This document shows positions 34,550 through 47,511 of a DNA stretch of 64,000 bases, piece by piece. This stretch comes from Paraspadella gotoi. Its lineage: Eukaryota > Animalia > Chaetognatha. The DNA is taken from NCBI GenBank assembly GCA_051294375.1, contig CM119264.1:10515832-10579831 (forward strand). Reading direction: 5' to 3'. Both the position numbers and the translations under genes were made by a program. Position 1 is the stretch's first letter; each line of letters starts with the position of its first letter. The notes beneath the pieces were generated by a model. The model worked only from the letters and a program-made list of their open reading frames with translations. It made no database searches and was not told where the DNA came from.

Positions 34550-37500
34550 AGGAGGAGAAAAATAAGAGAAGCATAGGCGGGAAAAAAATTATGAACTCGA
34601 ATGATGTCAGATATTGACTCGCTTTTCCCTCAGCTTCTTACACATGAGAGATTTTCTCCATTTTATGGAATTGTTTCAAAAATTGCTAAAAAATTCAACA
34701 AGTTAATATCCAAGTTTTGTCTGTTTTCTCTGCGAAAATTGTCGAAACTCTTTTTCAGCTTTCCTTCCTCACTAATTTTCTTCAACTCTTTTTTAAAAAT
34801 TTTTTTATTAGTTTCTCTCATTTTCGCGCCTTTTTTACGTAACCCCTCCCGATTTCGTTGGTCTCCTAGTTTTCAACGTCTTTCTTTCCATCCAGCTTTT
34901 CCTTTCCTCCGTTTCTTTCCTTTCTTTCTTTTCTCGTCTTCCCTTCGCGAAAGAGAATCCTATTATCGTCGAAACGTCATTCATTCATTCGTTAGACTTT
35001 TTGGTCTGACAAGTTATTTGTCGACTCTCGCGGGCGCCGCTTTGTTAGTTGGGGGGGTGGCGGTAATCGGGTGGCTTGATAAACCAGTTGGAACGAAAGT
35101 GATCGTAAAATTGCGCGGAATTTCTTTTATAATTTATGGTAACGGATTCAAAATATATAAAAAACAATATTTTACCGATTATTTTTTGACGAGAGGGAAA
35201 ATCACAGTGAAATGATGATTACTTTAAAATTTCAAGATGAGGTTGTCACTGGTCACGCACTCAGGAATTCCATCGGAAAGGAGCAAGAGTGAAAATAAGG
35301 AAACTCGAAAAAGCCCAACTACTGTTAGATTGATCTACTGAATTTACTAACCAAATTTCTTCTATTTTGCATTCACTGGATAATTTTAATTTTCTAAAAT
35401 TTTATCATTTTCACATCACTCTACTGAATAGATGAGAAAACAGAATGTTAGTTTGAATAAATGAGTAAATAGTAATTTAACCAAGAGTATGAAAGGAAGA
35501 ACCGGGCTCTCTAATATGGTATTTCAGGTGAATTTTATTGAGTGTGACAAATCTGTGGATAAGGCGCTAAGAGGGCTGAAGTCAGTGAAGAGTGCTATCC
35601 GCATCTTCTTTAACCCCTCCAGCAACTTGGGCTTGAGGGTTTTCCACGCCCCCAAGGCGGTTCAGGGCCGTCCTCCCGCTTGCCGCTGGGAAGGTACCGG
35701 GTTGAGATTGAACCCGGTGCCTAGTAGTCATGAGATGATGGCTTTACTCAATGAGCCACCGGGTCGCAGCAGAAGGTGTCATGCTTATAGGCGGGGTGAC
35801 CTTAGGCAATGCCCGACAACATATCTATTTTTCAGGTTTCTACACATTTTACCACCTCATTCATCTTGTGGCAACTCCTTTGACTTAGACGTGTTATAAT
35901 TGAACCGAATAAAAAAAAATTTAATTAAATTTTTTCAAAATGATTCTTTTTAATTTTCCTCGACAGAATTCGGCGCCGAAAATTCTGGTGATAAATTTAT
36001 CTCTTTTTCATCTGTTTTATGCGAATCTATTTCGCGATTCTCAATATTAATTAATTTTTTTGCTTTTAATCTTACTCCAAAACTTTTAACTTGCACTTAA
36101 ATTTCGAGGCGAGAAAACATTTAACTTGGCTAAGGTTAATTCAATATTTAGTAGGGTTATAATGATTGAATTTTTTCTTTAAATTTCTGAAACCCCTCCC
36201 CCTATAGTGGTTACAGGTGGGTAGCGAGGCTGTATGAAATTTTCTGCTGTCCACCTTACTATGGCTTCAGAGTGTAGTGGTTACAGGTGGGTAGCGAGGC
36301 TGTATGAAATTTTCTGCTGTCCACCTTACTATGGCTTCAGAGTGTAGTGGTTACAGGTGGGTAGCGAGGCTGTATGAAATTTTCTGCTGTCCACCTTACT
36401 ATGGCTTCAGAGTGTAGTGGTTACAGGTGGGTAGCGAGGCTGTATGAAATTTTCTGCTGTCCACCTTACTATGGCTTCAGAGTGTAGTGGTTACAGGTGG
36501 GTAGCGAGGCTGTATGAAATTTTCTGCTGTCCACCTTACTATGGCTTCAGAGTGCCCCCCCCAAAAAATTATATATTTTATATTATATAGATAACCAATC
36601 AGAATTTAACTCTCAGCAGGACCCACGCCAATTTAGGAAGTATTTTGGCGGAACATCACGTCGGGAGGTAAGGAGAGCGAATTGGGGGCAAAAGAGCGAA
36701 AAACTCACTGATGGATTTATGTAGAGAAAAGATCGAGGAAAAGGGGAGGAAAGTGGAGGAAAGAAAAAAAAAAGAACCGATCGTTTCCTTTTCTTATAAG
36801 CAGAAAAAAAAACCGAGCTCCCAAAAAAGTTCGGGCGAGAATTGGTAGAGAAGAAAAAAAGGGGGAAATGATAAATATGATAATGTGCAATGAATTTTCA
36901 TTGAAGCCAAGCGAGGTCATGACTTTGTTAGTGGCGGAAACAATGGAATAGGAAAGTCGAGGGTAGAAATTAAACTAACCGGTTTTTACGCCTTGAAGGA
37001 TCAGCGAATGGTTTACAATAGGTAGAAGATGTAAACAAACTCTGCTCTTTTGTCAATAAGCTGAATCTGGATAATACATAAATAAAACAAAGAAACAAAC
37101 AAAACAAAACAGAAACAAAAATACTTTTTTAACAAAAACTTATTACAGATATTACAGAATTTATAAAATTTTAAATCGACTGGATATAATTCGCTGGGAG
37201 TAGGAATTAAACATTTAGTACTACCCGGAGTCTGAAGAGACTGTTCTAAGTACATGTTCTATGTACATACATACATTTAAACATCTTTTAAAAAAATTCA
37301 TTCATGTCCTTTATAAAAAATAAGGAATAATTAAATGAAATTTAAAACGAAAAAAATGTAGAAAAGATGGAAAGATTTTAACTGCAACTAATTTTTTTTT
37401 ACTTTGAACGAAATAAATCGCACAAAACAATGAAGAAAACCTTAAAAAATAACGACACGAGAAAATGATTAAAGTTTCGCGAAAAAAACCATTCGAGACT

Positions 37501-40500
37501 CAATAAAACCAAATTGCGGTCCGAAGGAGAAAAAAAAGACGCCATCTCTGAGCATCGTAAAATCTATGGCGTTTTAGTTTAACTTTTACCTTTTTTCCGA
37601 ATCGTCTCCCTGCGTCGGCTGCTCCCCCTGCTGCTGCTGCTGCGGGCCTCTTTGCTGCGGCTTCATCTTCTTCATGGGCAAGTTTTTGGCGCCGGTCTTT
37701 TGCGCCTTTTTGGCGGCGCGCACCCAGACGGAGAAGCACATGACCCCGTAGACAGCGACTATGGCCAATAAGCATCCGGGGAATTTGATAGAGTGCCACA
37801 CCTGAAGGTAGAACGGAAATGATGATAAACTTGAAAAACGATTGAGAAATATGTTTTATCGTATAAATAATGCTGTAAAATTAAAACTGAAAATTAAAAA
37901 CCCGTGAGACTTTTTTCCTAAAAAAAACTTAAAAGATTTAACAGTACAGTTGAATATTTGAAGCTGAAACAATATGTAATGATCATTGTGAATGATATAA
38001 GAAAGTAGAAACATTGTAAAGATAGAAACTCGTCTGTGAACACAGTAATTAACCATCATCACTGTAGTCTTAGGAGGGCGTAGTTTTATTCTCAGTTCGA
38101 TCCGTACACTTTTCGAATTTCGATAAGAATCATGTTTGTGGGAGAATAAACTTAAGGACGAAGAGAAGACAAATAAAATAAGCGTGACTTTCAAGGACGG
38201 CGGAAGAGAGAGAAAGAGAAGATGAATCTTGAGGGGGGGGCAGAGGAGAGGGAAGGTAGGGAAAGGGGGAAGAGGGGGAAGAGGGGGTAGAGGGAAACGA
38301 AATAAGACACCGACGGAACGCCGGTTGGAAAACGCGGATTAGAGACCGCGCCGTCGTCGGCGTCGGTGGCGACGACGACGTGAGAACAAGACCATCTCCA
38401 CCATCCGAGACTTGTTAGCGAGGTTTAGCGAGTAGGTGGCGCGGTAAAAGATGAAAGAGAGGTGTTTATGTCTCCGCCACTTGGCCGCGGCGCTGCGTTC
38501 GTGTCATGGCGCAAACAAAAGCTCGGACGGGAAGAGAGATTGTTTTCATCCCTGTTCCATAAACTTTGTTTATTTTTCATTTCTCTTTCTTCTTCTTCGT
38601 CTCATGTTGCGAGGGAATTAAGATTGTTTAAACTCGGATGGCATGCCTTAGCATGGTATGAAGGCGCGTGCCATCCGAGTTTGCCATGCGACGCTTCTCT
38701 CCCACTCGGACGCGTCTTTCCGATTTATCTTAAGAACCCCCCGGTCCTTCTTTTCCACCCGAAAACCCCTTAGCTCTCCTAACCCTGGTCAACGTCACTC
38801 CCCTTTCACTTTTTCCCATGTTTTCCAATTAACGGAGCCCACCTGATAAATATCGCGAACTCTCTCGTTCACAATTACAGTGTTGGTTTGGCAGGTGTCG
38901 ATGTCGAAGACCGCGCCGCCGCCATCTCCGCCGCCGCCATCTCCGCCGCCGCCGCCGCCGCCGACCTGGAAAGCGAGTCATGAATCCTTAACTTTCTCGG
39001 ATCAACGGATTTCGGTTGGGGGAATATCCGGACGAAGGCGAGGTCAACGTCGACCGCTAAGAGACAAACACAAGTAAACAAAGGCTTCGGCCGACTCAGG
39101 ATGACTGTTCCCCTTCTCAGTCCGTTTTCAGTTCAGCGCCTCGCCGACTTCAATGAGAATCAAAGAGGCCAGACGATAATCTCTATTTGATGAGAGGGTG
39201 GGTTCGATAGAAGCTCGCCCTGGTTTATTCAAGCATTGCGACTTAAAAATAGGACAGTTATGTTCTTTGTTATGGAGCGACTTAGTTTGGTGGACCCAAT
39301 AATTAATGACCCTCTATTGGCGCAGTGTTAGGGGAGAGACTGGAAATGTCGAGGCTTTAGGCCGACTTGTTAGTTTCTGAGGGGTGACAAAGACCGATGA
39401 TGGCTGCTGTTTCTTTGGCTTCCTTGAGATTGTGTTTATCTCAAGAAAAAAAAAACCCACCTGATTCTCTTTGTTTTTTTCTCCTTTCAGGATGCCTTGA
39501 CTCCATTTTTGCTTTCTGTCCTTCTTTTCTTCTACTTTTTCTTTCTCTCTTCTTTCTTTCTCTTCTTTTCTTTCTTTCTTTCTTTCTTTTCTCTCTCTTT
39601 CTTTCTCTCTTTTTTTTTTTTTCTTTCTTTCTTTCTTTCTTTCTTCTTTCTTTTCTTTCTTTCTTTCTATCTTTCTTTTTCTTATCCTTTCTTTCTTTTT
39701 CTTTCTTTCTTTTTCTTCTTTATCCTTTTATTTTTTTTCTTTCTTTCTTTCGCCCTCTCCCGATTTCCTTCTTTACTCTTTTCAATTTTGGATTCATTTA
39801 AATCCGATTGATTCCTCCCTTCCTCTTTTTTTCCCTCCATCCTTCCTCTCTCCCCTCTCCTCCCCTTTTCCCTTTCCCACTCACCTTGCTCAATAATTCT
39901 TCCCACTGAGATTGGTAGTGTCGGTAGAACGCGACGGATGAGAAGCTGGAAGATAAGAAGAGGATTAAAAAAGAATCGTCACCGATGCCACGAAAAAGGG
40001 GGAAAAAAAAATAATGGAAAGAATTAAATAACCAGGAAATGTTTTTTTTTTTTTTTTTCGTCTTTTTCCCTTCCGATTCCAGTCAATGACCGACAGAAAC
40101 CATTTTTTTTTCTTGAGGGGGGCGGGGGGAAGAGGATATTGTGCATATACGAAAATGAAAGGCCGGGTTCATTTAAAGGGGACGCGAACGTAAGTATAGT
40201 TAATGAGATTACGAAAAAAAAAATTAGGGTTAACTACGCCAACGATTAATTTATTTTTCGAAAAGAGCTGTACTTGGCCATTACGTCAACCGTTAATAAT
40301 GGCGTCTTCCATAAGCACATGCTAAATATCCACTATTTTTTCTTTTTTGAGAAAAACGCTGCTCAGTGAGATTTTCTATTTCATTTTCGCTTTTGCGTAA
40401 CTTTAAGGCAAAATTTTCATTCGTCAAAAGAGCTGAAGTCTCGATCCCCCGCCCCCGGAAAAAAAAAGATGACTTTTTAATTTCGTTTTTCTTCGGCGAG

Positions 40501-41338
40501 AATGAGAGGTTTCTCGGAAATTGAATTCGTCACGCGCAGCTTTTTTCAAAGTGAATGTTTTTTCTTCGAATGACGCGAGGGCTCGCGGTTTTTGAGGTCG
40601 ACGCCCCCTGGAACCGTCACGCAATTTATCTTTTAATATTTTCCCGCGTTGCCGTTCTCGCCAGTATTCTTTTCGAAAATAATTTTTCTCTAAAAAAAAA
40701 AAAAAATCCACATCCTGCGAACGTTTTTGAGATGGAGACGCTCACCTTTGGTTACTCGGACAGTCGGTCGCGTTGCTGCAACAGGGGGCATCCGCGGCGT
40801 CGATCCAGACTTGCGTCCCTTTGCAGAGAGAGGGAAGGACGGCGTCGAAGACGGCGAAGAGGGTCACCGCGGAGACGATCACCTTCGCTCCTTTGTGAGT
40901 GATCAATTGCTGGAGCGAAAGGAATGGTTGCGGGGATTTAGAAGATATAATATGCTCCTTTGTGAGTAATCTATTGCTGGAGGGAAAGGAATGGTTGCGG
41001 GGATTTTTAAAGAGAAAATTAAAACGATACAAAATTTAGCTTAAAACCTCTTTGTTGTTTAAGAAGTACAACGTCGTATAACATATAGCGGCGCTCGTGA
41101 TCGCCGAGAAAAAGAAATTGAGTCGGATTCAAGTGAAACCCGTAAAACTTTGAAAGGGGCGATGAAGTGATTCGGTGACGGGGCAACGGGGTGATCGTGA
41201 GTTGGGGCGATGGTGCGAAGGACCGATCGGGCGTGTCTCCTAAATCTCTTTTAGAAATTGGATTTTTGTTCATCCGCCTCAATTTTTTTTTTATTTCTCC
41301 GGCCGACGTGGCCGCCGACGTCACGGCCGCCACAGCCA

Positions 41339-41375
<37 letters not shown>

Positions 41376-44300
41376 CTTAACGGCAAATCGCAGCTGTTAC
41401 TTTCGCCTGGCGTCTCGGCGAAAACCTCCGCGGCTGCCATCAACGATTTCCTTTCGTACAATATTTAGTTGCGAAAATCCAGGGCTTAGAAAAGATAACG
41501 TTTTTCTTTGTTATTTATTTATTTATTTATTCTATTTCGCGTTGAGAAGAGACTTTTTTTCTAAATGTCGCGACGGACTCGGAATTATGAAAGCTGCCGG
41601 AAATATGACCGGCGTCACTCAGAGCTCTAAGACGAAACGGTTTTGGTCGTTAGCGTTATCGTCGTCGTCATAATCGTCCACTTAATCGTTGTCATCCGCG
41701 TCATGGTGCTCGAAGCCCTCGTAATCATCGTTGCCTCGTCTTCTGTCGTCTTCTTCGTTGTTGTCGTCGCTTTTGACGTCGTCATTGTTGTTGTAGTCTT
41801 CAGTGAAGACTCTTCACGTTATTAGTTTTCGACGTTATCCTCGTAGCCTTTTGTCTTATAGTACGTACGTATCTTCTGCGTTTTTGTTTTGGTCGTGGTC
41901 GTGGTCGTCGTCGTCGTCGTTCTTTTCCCATCTCATCGTCGTCGACTTGTTTATTTACCTTGTGAGGATGACAAATGATGAGGTATCTCTCCAACGCGAT
42001 CAGCGTCATGATGTACGTTTGCCACAGAGTCGTGAACACGCTGGTGAAGTGGTAGACTGAAAGCGGGAGGTAGGTCAAGACTAAAGTCTTCTAAAAGTAT
42101 AACGAGTTGGTAAAATAGACACTTTAATTGAGTATTTACTTAATTTTAAATCCTTTTAACAAAATTTAACATATAAATACTTAAAAAATTGATTTCAGAT
42201 TTCAAATTCCATTCAAAAACAAACTCCTCTGTCCAAACCTTTGCAGAGAGCGTCGACGGGTATGCGGCGTCGGCGCCACTCCATGCCCACAGTGTAGGGA
42301 ATCGTGACGAGGGAGTTGAAGAAGTCGGCGGCGGCGAGGGAGACGACGAAGACGTTGACGACCATCCCGCGCATGAGGCCGCGACGCGAGAATGTGAACA
42401 GCACGATTCCGTTGCTGAAAAGGCCTGTGAGGAGGGGAATCAATGGGGATTAAGCTGTCAATTAAAAAATTATACTTAGATCTCAGTGAGATTTCATTAC
42501 CCACCCATAAAGTAGCTGAACATTTTAATTATTTACTTATTCTCCGATATGGTTTTGCAGCTTATATGATTTTTATCAAGCCATGACCGGCAAAGCCGGT
42601 TCAGGCTTGATATTCATTCGGGTGAGCTTCTTTGTGACGTGATCGTCGTCGTCGTCGTCGTCCGTCACGCTGTTTTTCCATATAAAAACTACACTACGCT
42701 TTTATAGGTTTGGCTGTGACTTACCGTTTTTTTTAAATAAAAATTATTATGAATTATGATAAAGTTTTAAAAAGTGTGCATTCATAGTAAGTTAAAAATT
42801 AAGATATGGCTTCTTCTCATCTTGAAATAGCTTTGATATTTTCTTATTACAATTTGGGTTTAAGTATTTTTTGTTTGAATTTCCACTTCATTATGATTAC
42901 TGCAATATGCAAATGAGATTATAGTACCCATTATCATATCCAAATTAGTATATAGAAATGCTTTAATCTAATTTACATATTGCAGTATATAATATTGAAG
43001 ATGAAATTCAAAAAATTTGTTTAAATCTCTAATAAAAATGGGAACTCAAATAACTTTTTAATGAAAGCATACTCATATCATTAATTTTAATACAAATAAA
43101 AAATAAACTATCTTATTACAAGACATCTGCGATTGGAAAAAATTGGAAAAATTTCAAATTGTAAACCATTGTAAATTTTTTGCCTTTCTTTTATTTATTT
43201 TATTTTTTTTTATTCTTTTATTTCAGAAAAAACGAGTTTCTGCACTGACTGTACAGCGGCCTTCAAGCAGCTGTCCAGCTTTGTCTCTCTTTCTCTCTCT
43301 CTCTTTCTTTCTCTTTCTGTCTCTTTCTCTCTTTTCGATCTCTTGCGTGATCGTTCTTTTTTTTAAAAATTATGATTATGTTTTTCTTTCTTTATGTATA
43401 TACTCTCTTTTCGTTGTTTTTGAGGTATTAGGAAAAACAGTTTTGTTTTACAACGATTTATTTGACAATCAATATTTTGTCTCTGTTGAAGTAAGTTTTT
43501 GAGAGAGAGAAAGAGGAGAGAGAGAGAGAGAAAAAATTGAGGGAGAATTTCCAACAAAGAATAAGGTAAGGGACAGTGTCAGATGTAAGGACAGCTGAAG
43601 GTGAGGAGAGGGAAGAAGTAAGTCTTTGAAAAATGAAATGAGAGTGGGAGAGAGAGAGAGAGAGAGAGCAAAGCAAAAACTTACTTCACAAGACAAAATA
43701 TTGATTGTCAAACACTGATGAAGGCTCTAAATGAAAGAGCCGAAACATGTTTTTCTTTCTAAAAACTTTTATTCGGGGCTTTTTTCTCAATACAAAATCC
43801 CAAATTTACATCCGAGATTTTCGTGGATACATTTTTAAAAAAGTGAAGAATAACTTATATTGGCATGCATTGTCACATATAAATCAGCTAATGTGACTTA
43901 TTATATATGCAGCACTTTCGCCGAACAATATGCATTAACATTAAAAAAAATAAATTTGTATTTATTTATTATTGTAACTTTGAACCGGTTGGCCCACTAT
44001 TGGCAAATTATATCTAAAATAGGAGTTGATAAAGAGAGATATAGTCAAATTAAACATTACTTTTTTTGTTATTTCTGATAATTTATACTATTATTAAATT
44101 TATAAATATTTTTAGTGTATATATTTAATCATTTTTATCTTTTTTTTAAATAATAATTATTTGAGTTGTGTGATAACTATTATAAAAATTAATTAAATAT
44201 GCAATATAAATTTGACCTCGGTCTGGTTTCTTCCTAAAAAAAGAACAATCAAAAATTTCATTCAAGATTAAAATTTTTTAAAATGAGGAAATAAAATTTT

Positions 44301-44686
44301 TTTTGATAAGTAAAAAAATATTTGGAAGTCAAAAATATCATAGTCGTTAACTGAGTATTTTCAACTATATATTTTGTTAATAGGATTATAATTTTTGGAT
44401 CATATTATTGAAAAGAGTTGAGTTTTTTTTCTTCTGATAATAGGGTAGCCCCTCTCAATGGGGTGAATCAAAAAATTTAGTATGGGAACATGCTCAAACG
44501 AAAATTTATGCATTTTTAAGTTTACTTTCAATGTACAAAAAATTTCTTATATGGCTCTATACCCAATATTTTATTTTGTAATATTTTTTATAGAAAGGAA
44601 AGAAGTTCGTCCCCTACTCATATTCGTCGGAAAATGAGTTCAGCTCTGCAGCGGCGGTCCAGCGGCGGTCCAGCGGCTGTCCAGCT

Positions 44687-44731
<45 letters not shown>

Positions 44732-44891
44732 CCTTCTAAAAACTTTATTATGCCATTTTATTCGCGCTTTTTTATCCACAAATTTTACATCCGAGATTTT
44801 CGTGATTTTTTCCCTAAAAATTCTGATTATTCTTTATATATAAAACGAGAGAGACCTAATAATGCGTTTCGTTGGCGGGAAAACTGTCCAG

Positions 44892-44934
<43 letters not shown>

Positions 44935-46065
44935 ACTCATACACGCATTTGTTTGTTTTTATTTACGATGAATGATTCATCGCGTCAATGAATGACTATC
45001 ATCGCATCAATGAATGACTATCATCATGCTTGATCCTTTATGCTTTTAAAGATTTTTTTTAAGTGTCTTCTCAAAACACCTTGAAATTGCTTTCGTAAAT
45101 TCCCAAGGCATTAAAGCGGATTGTACGAATTTTTTTTATTGCTAAAATATTTTTTAAAAAGGAAAAATAACAAAAAAAAAAAAAAAAAAACACACACCAA
45201 AAAAACAAAACAAGACGTGTACGAAGCACAAACGATAAAAAAAACCACAATGGTGCAACCGTAATCGAATTTAGGCCAACGAATCCGAAAAAAAAAAAAC
45301 ATGAGGAATTGAATTTGGAATTGATGTTTGCCCTTATGTTTCGGATCCATCCGGGGTTTATTTTCGGTCTTAATTTAGTTTGCTTCGCTTTTCCTTCCCC
45401 CGTCAAAGCGACATCTATCGGGACAAAGGAGAACCGACATTAATCGTCGCGAAAACGGAGACGACCGACAGACGATTGGAAGCGATCGCCGCCGGCGAGG
45501 GATTTTCCTTGGATGCTCCAGTTGTTGTTGTTGTTATTGCTTTTTGCCGATCTGCCAGCGAGGGGATAAGGACGAGCTGGACTCAGGAGGGTGCATATGT
45601 GCAAGTCTCGGTATTCGTCAGGTGCAATCGGGTCGTGGCAGGTGACGTCAATGACCGTCATTCGGTGCCCAACTGGACGACGGGCGTCAATCTCTTTAAT
45701 TAGTGTTTCAGTCAAAAGCAGAGACTGGGTAATTCGGGAAGGTGGTGGTCACAACAAAAGCGCTCGAAGAATCTGGCTCCAACTTAGAGGGCAAAGTCCG
45801 TCGGCGCCAACAGAGATTAACGCCGCCCTGCCCTTGATTTGACTCCCGCATTTGAAAAGAAACATTAGAAAAAATTCGCAAAAGTTAAAAAAAAAAAAAG
45901 AATGAAAATAAATTGTGAAAGGACCGTTTAAACGAGAACCAAACAAATGTAAACAGACGAAAACGTCTTATTCGCTGAGTTTCGCTCTTTTTTTTAAACT
46001 TTCCATTAATCTATTTTCGAATGTTTTTTTTTTTCGTACTTTTTACTTTCATTTAAATTATTTTT

Positions 46066-46101
<36 letters not shown>

Positions 46102-47511
46102 TTCTTCTTCTTTCTTTCTTTTCTTTTTTTTCTTTTTTCTTTCTTTCTTTTCTTCTTTCTTCTTTCTTTCTTTCTTTCTTTTTTCTGTCTTTCTTTTCCT
46201 TTTTTTAAAACTTTTTTCTTTTTTACTTTATTAGTTTTTTTTTTATGTTTTTTATTTTCTTTCCCTCATTCCTACCTTTTTTCTTACGACTAGGTACTGA
46301 ATGGAGCCAAGCTGCAATCTAATAAAATCGCTCATTTTTCTTTCCTCTCTTTCTTTTTCCACGTCTTTTCTTTCTTTTCCTTTCCTGCCTCCCGTCCCTC
46401 TAGAGGGTTAAATCCGAACGAGTGAAATATCAGGGTGAGAAATTCAAGCGAGTGAAATTCATGAGGCTGAATGTTTCCACCCCGACTCACAAAAGGGAAG
46501 AGAACCGTGACAGATTTATAGAGAGGAGGGATCGACGGCGGTGGTGACTGGGGAGGGTGTGGGCGTGGAACCAAGGTCGGGGACCGGAGACGCAACGGAC
46601 GAAAGGAATTGTGGAACCGGAAATGACGCCGGCGCCGGGAACGGATGACGACTCTAAACCTTTTCGCCGCGAAAATCGATCGCGTACAACGTCCTCGCAT
46701 TTCTCAAAATTGCGACGACAAAATGGCGTCTCTTTGAATGGCGACCACACGACGAATGACGCCGGAGGGGAAACGTCATTGCGACGTTGTATGACTCGGA
46801 TTCGCGATCTTATCCGCGACCTCAACGAAAATTCGCCTCCAAGGTTGGGCAAATCAACCGCGATTCTGTTTTGACGTTTATGACGTCCCTCTCGAAAACG
46901 TATATATATATAATTATATATCCTGTGACATCTTTCGTGACTACGACCGCGTCCTTCTCTTCGACGCTCTTCTCTTAGACGTCATCTGCGTCATCGTCTG
47001 CTTCCTCGATTACGATGGACGTCTGCTCGTCTCTCCTTAATGGAGATTCAATTTTTATTATATCAGAGGATTAGTGGGGGAGATTTGGGCAGGCGTCTCA
47101 AGGTAGGGATAGTAGGAGAACGAATGGGAAGATTTGCGACCAATTTTATCTGATTAGTTTTAATCCGGATTTTTCATTTTAGAAATATAAAGAAAGTCAA
47201 TAAACTATGAAACATAAGCTTTATTAAAACAAATTTTTGAGCAATTTTTTTTTTGTTGGTAAAAGACATATTTTGAAAAGAAACATGCGAAGAAAAAACT
47301 CACCTATGAGCGAAACGAAGAGAAGAATCGGAATGAGGAATTTGACGAAAACTCGTTTGTTGTCGTCCAACATTTGGAACATCTCGTACAGCATGACGTC
47401 AGATGAGGCGAGGACGCAAACCGTCAGGTTCCAAGTCGTTTCGTTCCATTCCGTCGTCGGCGTCGACGTCGCCCCGATAGGCGTGGCCACGGTCGAAGGC
47501 GGCGGCGCCAT
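27462..47511 (-). CDS. Orphan rhodopsin-like (class A) GPCR, ~553 aa, 11 exons
   Basis: Minus-strand exons 47511-47304, 42424-42239, 42056-41959, 40909-40746, 39945-39885, 38965-38843, 37801-37590, 28317-28053, 27956-27920, 27852-27752, 27668-27462 join in phase (1662 nt, all GT-AG). TM1 GLFSN, TM2 SLAAAD, TM3 Cys exactly 25 residues before the R of ERY, TM6 FVATFTP, TM7 NPIFY, helix 8 NRNFRNDF; N-glycosylation sequons NET/NLT. Extra ICL3 exons in the 9-kb intron cannot be excluded. Confidence 0.85.
30296..33695 (-). mobile_element. Non-autonomous LTR retrotransposon (3.4 kb) in GPCR intron 7
   Basis: Two 433-bp direct repeats (30296-30728, 33263-33695) with TG...CA ends and about 3 differences; 5-bp TSD ACATA (30291-30295, 33696-33700); minus-strand polypurine tract GAAAAGGTGGGGG (30741-30729) abuts the 3' LTR; no gag/pol-length ORF inside. 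Confidence 0.92.
35590..35765 (-). mobile_element. tRNA-derived SINE in GPCR intron 7
   Basis: Minus-strand A-box GGTGGCTCATTGAG (~35760-35747) and B-box GGGTTCAATCTC (~35715-35704) at tRNA-like spacing; 3' end uncertain. Confidence 0.5.
36205..36554 (+). repeat. Minisatellite, 5 identical 70-bp units
   Basis: Unit TAGTGGTTACAGGTGGGTAGCGAGGCTGTATGAAATTTTCTGCTGTCCACCTTACTATGGCTTCAGAGTG starting at 36205, 36275, 36345, 36415 and 36485. Confidence 0.95.
42575..45053 (+). mobile_element. Large HINE-like element, family B, ~2.5 kb, in GPCR intron 1
   Basis: 5' ATCAAGCC...GGCTTGAT inverted pair, (GTC)n microsatellite ~42644-42665, internal repeats (TGTCCAGC+(CT)n three times; TTTACATCCGAGATTTTCGTG twice), 3' GCTTGAT plus hairpin CTTTA-TGCTTT-TAAAG plus poly-T. 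Whether it is a single element is inferred. Confidence 0.55.
43715..43751 (+). ncRNA. Minimal type I hammerhead ribozyme core (Penelope/retrozyme type)
   Basis: CTGATGA (43715-43721), one extra A, stem II GGCTCT/AGAGCC with a 7-nt loop, GAAAC, palindromic mini stem III ACATGT, putative GUH site at 43749-43751. The stem I partner is not downstream but at 43459-43500. Confidence 0.7.

Noticed and set aside
36205-36554. CRISPR-like regular array
   Set aside because: Identical head-to-tail units without unique spacers, in a eukaryotic context with no cas genes.
39397-39906. F/L/S-rich or K/E/R-rich ORFs (also ~5460-5900, 45915-46208, 55346-55876, 57373-57864)
   Set aside because: By-products of CTTT and GA microsatellites; only 39945-39885 is a supported exon.
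42057-42080. Upstream alternative acceptor for GPCR exon 3
   Set aside because: It would add 8 aa and break the C3.25-R3.50 spacing.
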